Shown here: positions 47,049-55,571 of the stretch, piece by piece
How positions within the stretch are numbered: position 1 is the stretch's first letter
How the letters are laid out: every line of letters begins with the position of its first letter
DNA from: Coniocarpon cinnabarinum
Taxonomy: Eukaryota
Length of the DNA stretch: 55,571 nucleotides
Assembly: GCA_051942205.1 (NCBI GenBank)
Contig: JAVECO010000159.1
Coordinates: 1-55,571, forward strand
Reading direction: 5' to 3'
Notes under the pieces: generated by a model
Told to the model about the DNA's origin: nothing
What the model saw: the letters and a program-made list of their open reading frames with translations, nothing else
Databases searched by the model: none
Position numbers and translations under genes: made by a program

Positions 47049-49143
47049 TTAAGCGGTTGTGCTATTTACAAAGGTTCTTCCAAAGACTGGTTCAGCCTCC
47101 TTCAACCAGGCGCCTACGAAGCTGGCTTCCGCTGCTTGGGCCTGAGCAACTGGCGCGGGTGGAAGATCGGGCGTTGTCTCATTCGGGAACACACCATTCT
47201 CGTCCCAATGGTGGGCTCCTCCAGAGATAAGGATCAGAGGCTGCTCAGTATTGTTCGGACGATTGGCAGGGTTGAAAGGCATCTGCGAGTCCGCGAGGGG
47301 TGTTGTTGGTCGCCATGGGTCGATTTCTCCGCCCAAAATGGCCAGACGGTCGTAGGAGATGTTGAAGCCGCCATATTGATTGATCTTGTCGGTGTCAGGA
47401 GGAGTGTCAATACCAAACGCGTCGCGACAGATAATGGAGGTGTAGTTGAGATTGACAGTGCGGGAGATCACTGGCAACTGGTCGGCAGGAACTCCAGAAC
47501 CGGTCTGCAAATAGCCCCACTGAGTGCAGTACATATATGGCCAAGATCTCCATGAGCTTTGATCCAGGTCGTCTTGTTGGTAATACGTGAGGTTGTGAGT
47601 ACCCCAGCATTGGTCCAGAGTCTGTCCGCCAGATGTGCAATCAACAGATTGAGACTGGTTGATGAAGCCAGCCATATTGAGCAACGGAGTCGTGAGCTCA
47701 TCCAGTTGGTCGCCATATCCGCCGGCTGTCAGCAGTTGCTGCGCAGATTCGGTGCGATCTGAGTTGTCGAATTGCAATGTCGATGCGCTTACATTGCTAC
47801 AGTATTCGCCAAACTGAGTACTGTTGACCTCGGGGTCCCAGTTGAGACTTTGCCAGGCTCCCAACAACCAACTCACTTGGGCTGCGAAATCGTTCGCGCA
47901 TGTGAGTCCTTCCAAGCCGAACAAACCCTTGAGCTGAGGGACCATTGGGTTGTCAACGGTGCAGTAGTCCAGCTCTTGGACGGTACCGTTGTCAAGCAGA
48001 ATATTGTCAACCATGTTAACGAGCTTCTGCTGATATTCGATGCACGGTTGAGGACCGTACTGAGTCACTGGTGAATAGTATTCCCAGTAGTCATAAATGG
48101 CCTCTGTGACACCCGAGGAGCTAATGGTGCCCCAAAAGTCACCAGGATACAGCGTTCGCATGAATGCCGTGAAAGCGCCAGAGTAGGAGCCGCCGTATGC
48201 GATCCAAGGCGTTTTATCTGAAGTCAACGGGTCATTCTCATGTCCCGGGAAGACGTTGTTTTTGGCAAAGTTGACAACATCCTAGATAGTGACATCATTA
48301 GCTCTTCGTCACGTAGCACGTGGCTACTGGTGCGCACGATACTGCTGGCCATGTTCGACCAGTCTGCTTTCAGTGAAGCAAACGGCAAAGAAAGAGTGTG
48401 TGGACTCACTTCCAAGGCTTGCTCAGTTGTCAAGAAACGCAGATTCTCCACGGAAAGGTCGGGAGTTGGTTGGGAGCGCCCGAAGTAGCGATGCTCGATC
48501 ACCACACCGAGACCATTGTACTGTTTGTCGAGCTGGTAGATGATTCCCTTCTGAAGGATGGGAAGTCGAAAAGTAGCTTTAGGATTGTTAGCATAGCAGT
48601 CAAGATGCTTCACAGACGCAGAATGGGCAAGCGATATCGGAAGTTGGACTTCATGCTATAGTGATTGAGATCATGGATGTAGTGAATGCTTCCACCAACC
48701 TCTGAGAGGTTCGTTAGCTTCAAACTTCGGTCCATTAAACAAGCAATGCTGCTCGCTGTACATACTCGCTTTCTCCCACGATCAGAAGAAAAACAGGCCC
48801 ACCAGGCTTGTAATACTTGCGCGATCCATTAGCTCGCGTTCCCGTTTCTTCATAGTCCACTTGTGCATAAACGTTGCGATAGTACTTATATATCACATAC
48901 AGTGTCGTCAAACCAATATCGGTTTTGAAACGTTTCATTACTGTGTGGCTCATACATGGAGCTGTTCTGAAAGTTGTCGACCTTGAGCGTAGCATTGCGC
49001 GTCGGATACAGAGTCTCGGGATCAACGTCCCTACTCAATAGCGGTGCCTCTTTGGGGATTGGCGCCGGTGGCCAATATGTGGCCACAGTCCAGTGTGAAA
49101 GACACCAGAACAGCAAGCCCAACACGCAGAGATGTAGCTCCAT
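47049..49143 (-). CDS. Secreted serine carboxypeptidase, peptidase family S28 (multi-exon)
   Basis: Signal peptide; [26 protein letters not shown]; nucleophile motif YGGSYSG; YCTQWGY; DPW; HHWD. Confidence 0.92.
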
Positions 49144-49686
49144 TGCGAAGTATTACCCAGAGCTGTTGGATTTACAAAACACGAGAGACGCTCCAGCAGG
49201 TCACAGAGGCAAGAAGGGAAGAGAGGATGAGCTCATCTTGAGCGACGAGCACTGCCACGTCGTATGACCCTCACGGACGTACGAGCTCTACCTGCCTGTC
49301 AAAAGATGGTCGCTGAGGTCACACTCAGGATCGCCAGGGCATGAACGTTGTGGACCTTCCCATCCGAGGCTTAAAGCTGCAGCAGTGACATGTCTCTTAT
49401 CTCTTAGCAGCGCTTAGCGTCAGGAATGATCAGCGGGGCATTCCTCGGTGTCTCGTGAGCAGTACGGCGTGGCGTCGACAATTCAGCCTTGGCAACTCGA
49501 CGCAGATGCGACCCACACGGCATGATCCGCAACCTCTAGGTGAGCGTGGAGCCATGTGCATAATCAAAAGTGAAAGGGTGAGGAGTTCGGGTTGGAGAGG
49601 AGGGTTTTGCGAGGGCTCGTTTGAGCAATAGACGCTAGTACACTTACGGCTTGGTGGTTTGATTAGGTAAGCACAGCCACTAGAGC

Positions 49687-49841
49687 ACGCGTAAAGTCAA
49701 CACGCCAACGCGTCAACCGCGTTAACCCACTTCTTCGTTCTTTCCAGCATTCACACTCGTTTCAGTCATTTCAGCAGCCGTTGACAGGTGCGCGAGCGGA
49801 GAGCGCGGCATTGGTGTGTTACATGCCTTTGTCCTGCGCGT
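49687..49841. promoter_or_regulatory. MCB-box cluster upstream of dim-2
   Basis: ACGCGT at 49687-49692 and 49708-49713; CCGCGT at 49717-49722; further CGCG at ~49790, ~49804 and ~49837. Confidence 0.5.
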
Positions 49842-49879
49842 CATCTTTCTCTGTTGTAATCAGTCCTTAATGTCTGGAC

Positions 49880-52800
49880 ATGAGCCTTGATTCCAGCAGT
49901 CGCGATGAAAGTCTCGATTGCATTGATTTGGACATTTCTGGCCCTGTCTTAGCCTATCAATCCGTTCCCTTGAAGCGAACAGTGGAATCTCACAATGTTG
50001 ACAGCGTTTGCGCTTCCAGTAAGCGCCAACGACTCGCGCCGACTTATCAGACAGACACGTCCGACGAGAGCGAGGACGACTTGCAAGTAACGTCAACCGA
50101 CAGTCAGGAAACCCCCAATCTCAATCATAAGCCAAATCAGGCCGCGTTCGTACGCATCCCTGCACCAGCGTTTCCTACGTCAGCATTTCAAGGTGATGAG
50201 CCGCCAAGATGCTGTTCTGAAGATCATGCAGTGTCAGAGCTGTCTGTCATCTATCCACCATTATCGTCAGACGATGATGAAGATGAATATGTGGCCTTCG
50301 TTCTTGACGACTTCGAGATCTACCGCCCGGGCCGTGGTGGTGCTGAGAGACGTGCCCTGACCCTTGCCTCCCTCAATGAACTTCTCACCGTAGCTGCTGA
50401 TGATTTGTACTGCTTTGATGGCTGTCTACGCTATGGTTCAGAGAGTCGCTATGTTCAGGGCGTACGATTTGAGAGCCTTGCCATCGAAGGCTACGGGAGT
50501 GAATCGTTTAACATCGACAGCATCTGCATACAATCACTTAGATATGCTGGTTCGAAATTCTGGTATCAACTTGGCAGGCCCTCGCAAAGATACCAACCCT
50601 ACCATGAGCCTTTCATGTGGCTCGCGCTTTTCACAAAACATTTTGAAGAATATCTAAGCGCCAAACACAATACCTGTCTGGCTGATTTCGAATCTCGATT
50701 TTATGTATTTCTAACTAGCAAGCATGGCATGGATCCGCACTTCAGAAGATGGCATTCACAGTACAATAATCGTAACCCCAAAGATTTCCGGCAGGTCGTT
50801 GCAACAAACGTGGAGTGGTTGTGGAAAGAAACAACGAATTTGTCAGAAGGTGCCCGTTATCATATCCTGTGGAAAGAGGTCGATCCTAAACAACTTGGTG
50901 CGATTGCTGAGGAACGCTTGTCGATTTCAAAGACGGTCGTTACACCATTAGTCCACCAGTTGTTCAGCCGCATGTACTTTCAAGAGTATCTCAAAGTAGC
51001 TCCAATCGACGGCGGCGTGCTCGAGAGCGTACAAGAACGTGCACAGAGCTTGGGATTGTCTGTCATGCCGCAATCAAGCCAAGAAGCATCAGAACAGCAC
51101 TGGAAAGTGGTTGAAGATCCGGAAGATGTCCATGTTGGAGATGTTGTTGTACTTGACCGGGACGTGGATGGAGTCTGGCAAGATGAAAGTCAAGTATGGT
51201 ACGCATACGTACAAGACATTCGTCAAGATCGCTGGGGAGCTCTGTTCATGCTCATTTGGTTATACCGCGCAAGCGAAACCATTCTCGATGAAGCCTTTTA
51301 CCCGCACGGCGCTGAGCTGTTTATGAGCGACCATGTGAGTGCAATTTTCTAACCACAGTAAAGAAGTATGACTGACCCATGCAAAGTGTAATTGTGAGGA
51401 TAATCGAGTCCGCTTTGAAGACATTAGAGCAATTCTGCCAACCGAGATTGGCGCAAAACAACCACAAACGACTGCGGCTGCCTTCGTTCGATTGACATAC
51501 ATCACTCCTGATGAAGAAAGCGGCAAGGATGCGGCTTTCGTCACTTTGAAAAAAGAGCACTTGACGTGCAGTCACCGAACACAGCGGCAGGAAGAGGTTT
51601 TCAGTCACGGCGCAACAGTGTTAGTCAGTATTAGAGGCCAAAGTTTTTTGCAACCTGCAGGTTATGTCAGTCGATGTTCTGACGGGCAACACGTTGTGCG
51701 ACGGTTCATTCGCCGGGCACGCTACGACACAGAGGCACGGCCAAATGAGTTGCTTGAAGCGATAGACTCAACAGAGCCATTGCACGTGCCTTCTCATGCG
51801 ATCAAGCGTCAATGCTATGTCCGCCGGTTCAATGTGCAACAAGTCAGGCAAGGAAGAGATGTGGTGCCGTACTCGTATGACGGCGCTGCTGATTGCTGGT
51901 GTGTCACAGGTGCAATCCGTTTCGGCTCCGACAACGGATTCCGCGTTACCCCGGTCGACTGGTCTCGCCCAGCAGGATTCATTGAAGGATTTGATCCAGC
52001 ACAACCTAGTCAAGGGCGCTTGTCAGGCCTGAGCTTGTTCTCAGGAGGAGGCTCATTCGATCGTGGCCTCGAGGAAGGCCAGGCCATTGACACGAAATGG
52101 GCGGTCGAAATTGAAAGTCTTCCGATTCACACCTACAAAGCCAATGTGCGCAACAGTGATTGTCAGCTGTGGAGAGGTTCGGCGAACGACTATCTGGCCA
52201 AAGCCTTTGCCGGTTGTGGACTGGCGAAAGTAGCAAGAGTTGGCGATGTCCACTTCATATCTGGTGGCAGTCCATGCAAGGTATGAATGCTCTCGTCATT
52301 TTATCTCAACCATTAGCTTCGCCTAAGGATACTCACATACGTCTGAGCGCTATGACTTAGCCACTAACTGTCACTTTTCCTAGGGATTCTCTATAGCGAC
52401 GCATGACAAGAATTCGATGAAATCGCTAGGATATGCATCTCTCATCGCATGCCTACTTGCTTACATTAATTTCTACCAGCCTATGTATGCCGTGCTCGAA
52501 AACGTGTTCGCAATGTGCGCAAGCTTGGGAAAACAGAAGTCCGAGAATGTCTTCTCACAAGTCATCGCATGCTTGATCAGCATGGGTTACCAGACGCAGA
52601 CCTTTGTGTCTGACGCTTGGGCTCATGGAAGCAGTCAGACGAGAACGAGGTTGTTTGTTACCATCGCAGCGCCAGGACTGAAGCCAGCACAAGCTCCTGC
52701 TCAAACTCACTTGCATCCGCCGAAGACGATGGCTGTTGCCATTGGCAAAACGAAATCAGGCGTGAAATATGGAATGCGAAGAAGCGGCCCGTGTCCGTTT

Positions 52801-53889
52801 GAGCACACCTCCGCCGCAGAGTCCACCAAGGATTTGCCTTTGATTGACAAAGGCCTTGTAAGGACGCAAATAGCGTATCCCGAGCATCGCACCAAGTCAC
52901 GAGAAACGTTCACACGGGCGTTAATACCAGAATTCATTCCACGGTTTCCGCATCGTTCCGACTGGATATATGCTGCGCGGAAACGGTTGATGCCAGAACA
53001 GCTTCTCAATACCTTCGCCGCTCGTTCAGAGGAATGGTGGTGCCAAGCCTCAAAAGCATTCCGTCGCATTGATCCGAATCGTCTGATGCCAACAATCAGA
53101 ACGGCAAACGACTTGAGCGATTATCGGATGGGGGACTGCCTTCACTGGTCGGAACCGCGCGCCATTACGGTCATGGAAGCGCGGCGAGCACAATCGATTC
53201 CTGACCACGAGGTATTGATCGGGAGTCCTGCTCAGCAATGGCTAGTTATTGGAAATGGTGTGGATCGCAAAGCCAGCGTGGCTATGGGAGTGAACTTCCG
53301 TGAGGCCTGGCTAAGCTCACAAAGTCAGGAGCTTGTAGGAGCGATAAAGCCTTTTACAACACGTATAGATCGCGACATGGCTACTGTTGACGTCAGGCAC
53401 AACGCATCGGACTTGCAGAATAGCGATAAAGACAGCACTGCCGAAAAGCACTCTCAACTTGGCAACAAACATACTCATAGAGATCGGGGGCGTTTCGCGC
53501 GTCACATTGCACACCCTTTGCCAGGCAGTGGGCGCAAACGCAATCGTAGAAACTCTCGGGGGCAGTTCCTGCCTGACATTACACATCCATTGCCGGAGGC
53601 TGGCTCTATGATTGAGTCAAGAGAGCTTTATGACAAGAGTCAGAATAATAACAAGGGTTACGAAAATGTCAACGGTCCGTCTGACTCAGACTCATTACCT
53701 GCGAGCTCGCAGGACGTGCAGGTCGCAGTTGAGAGCAGGACCACCTCTCCATCGGTATCCGATCCGGACCATCTAGACTTCGAAGATGACATGGCACCAT
53801 TCGCCGACGAGAGCCCTCTCCTCACATCCGTGGAGCGCGATGACCCTCAGGTGGGTATAAAACAAGTGGCTCGCACATCACATCGGTGA
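49880..53889 (+). CDS. dim-2: DNA (cytosine-5)-methyltransferase DIM-2 (DNMT1-like, BAH domain), 3 exons
   Basis: BAH region IWLYR..ELFMSDH|CNC (intron 51335-51386); motif I LFSGGGSFDRGLEEG; motif IV GGSPCK|GFS (intron 52281-52383); VLENV; QTRTR; LHW..R.ITVMEARRAQ; IGNGV. Confidence 0.92.
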
Positions 53890-54609
53890 AGACAAGCCAG
53901 CACAGATTTGCTCGACAATGGTCTTTCGGACTGTCTATGCCATTATCAAGCGTCGATAGTAGGAATCAGGATACAGCGCTTCAGGGCAACGAATGTGATG
54001 TCTTGCATTAAAGGGGTTGAAAAAGCATAGCGACGGCGTTTCTGATGCCACAATTTCTGACGGGAGCTTTGTGCACATATAAGTCCAAACACAAGGTATA
54101 TACAAGATATAGTGGTCGCTCTTGCCTTGAGGAATACACTAGACTCTAGCACATACATGCGCGCCTGAAATTTAGTCAGGAGTCTGCTAATACAGCCATT
54201 TCTACAAGTCTTTCTTTGGGATGCCGTCCAAGATGGGCGTGTCCGCTTAGATTTGACAAACAGTTGATGAATAACATACTCTCTTGTGGTTGTTTAGGTG
54301 AGACCTACCGTTAGCGTGACCTCGAGGCTCCATACTTCAGTGTCAATACACCCTGCCAGTTCAAGAGCACTTACCGCAATACAACTTAGCGAAGCACTTT
54401 TGCCGTCGTTGCACTTGTAGCTTTTAATCTTGAATCGATTTTATTGTGTAGGCTTGTTGCCTAGACTCAAATTTGACATCGACTTTGTCCGTGCTGTCAG
54501 TACATTACACTCCTTTTTTGTCCTGTTCTGACTAGAGAAATCTCCTGGTACTAAGCAGGTGTATTTCCTGCAAGAGCCCTGGGTCACATCACGCGTTATT
54601 GCTAGACCC

Positions 54610-55571
54610 TCACAACTTCGAAGGCACCCACTCAGGCTTCCGTTTCTACACACAGTTAGCAACGCCATTCGATGCCCACTCACACTAAACGACCAGAAAA
54701 ACTCACCATCGCAAAAGCAGCTAACCCCCTCCTCAAGTTCTCGCCCGTCCTCAACGCCTCGCCATACCTCTCATGCGTCACCTGACTCGCCCGTTCGACA
54801 CTCCCATTCTCCAAAGCCTGCCGAAGCCCATGCCGCGTCACGATCACAGCATCGGGACTGCACTGTGCCAGTTGTCCGGCGAGCGCTAAGGCTTCATCGA
54901 CGCAGCTCTCAGGACTTTTGGAGACGCGGTTGATGACTTGGAACCGTTCGGCTTCGGGCGCTGTGAGGACTCGGCCTGCTAGTGCGATTTCGCTGGCTAG
55001 CGGGAGGCCGACTATGCGGACCAGTCTGGAGAGACCGCCGGCCGCGGCGTAGAGACCTCTTTGCGCTTCTGGGAGGCCGAAGCGGGCGGTCGGTGAGGCG
55101 ATGAGCATGTCGCTGTAGTCTTCATCAGCTCTCACGCTGGCGAAACGCCGTGAAGTCCCTAGCATAACCACCAAGACAGGAGAGCGAGCACGTCTGCATA
55201 ACAGAAGAGAGGGTTCGACTCACCATCCCAAGCAAATCTCAAATCCGCCACCCATCGCATACCCATTCACCGCCGCAACGATAGGCTTCTTCCCCTCTCT
55301 CCGCGAAACACCCATAAAACCACTCCGCGGATGCTGTAACAGGCGCTCATCCAGCGCCTCGCCCCTCGCAAGCTTGATCTGAATCTCCTGCTGCTCAATC
55401 AGATCCTGACCCGCGCAGAAGGCCTTGCTGCCCTCGCCGGTGATGACCGCGACGCGCAGGTCCGGCTCAGCTTCGAACCACGTCAGGAGGCGGTCGGCTT
55501 CCCAGTGGGCGGCGTAGGGGAGGCTGTTGAGCTGCTTGGGGCGGGTGATGGTGATGAGCACGATATTGGGG
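54610..55571 (-). CDS. Enoyl-CoA hydratase/crotonase-family protein with PTS1 (5' end outside the window)
   Basis: AFCAGQDL, KPIVAAVNGYAMGGGFE, FGLPE..G..AAAGG. The final exon 54645-54610 encodes KRKPEWVPSKL*. Confidence 0.9.

Noticed and set aside
37257..49143. Secondary-metabolite or catabolic cluster (PTH11-like, amine oxidase, GH16, S28)
   Set aside because: No backbone synthase or pathway regulator, and the functions are unrelated.

Overview
Eukaryotic genomic DNA from a filamentous ascomycete (short GT-AG introns with CTRAC branch sites; Pezizomycotina-type genes; species not determinable). It opens with the edge of an AT-rich, RIP-degraded repeat block (1-~690). The core genes that follow are an MFS alpha-glucoside transporter, a Reb1/TTF1-like Myb + AT-hook protein, UGGT (ends KDEL), a Prx5/Ahp1 peroxiredoxin, TPS2, a Trf4-like nucleotidyltransferase-fold protein, VAC14, AIM24, ATM1, a PTH11-like membrane protein, a copper amine oxidase, a GH16 Crh-type transglycosylase, an S28 peptidase, the DNA methyltransferase DIM-2 and a peroxisomal enoyl-CoA hydratase (cut by the window end). 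Two accessory segments interrupt them. One holds a NACHT/NLR-like gene with three in-frame stops and no frameshift (14830-18310); the other holds an intronless F-box gene (27340-28803). Both are associated with six diverged copies of a ~166-bp element with short terminal inverted repeats, which I did not find elsewhere in the window. Also notable: an apparently catalytically dead, probably mitochondrial poly(A)-polymerase homologue, MCB-box clusters upstream of DIM-2 and the Myb gene, recurrent C-rich to G-rich strand-skew switches, and a small orphan matrin-type zinc-finger ORF. All calls are by eye; no searches were run.
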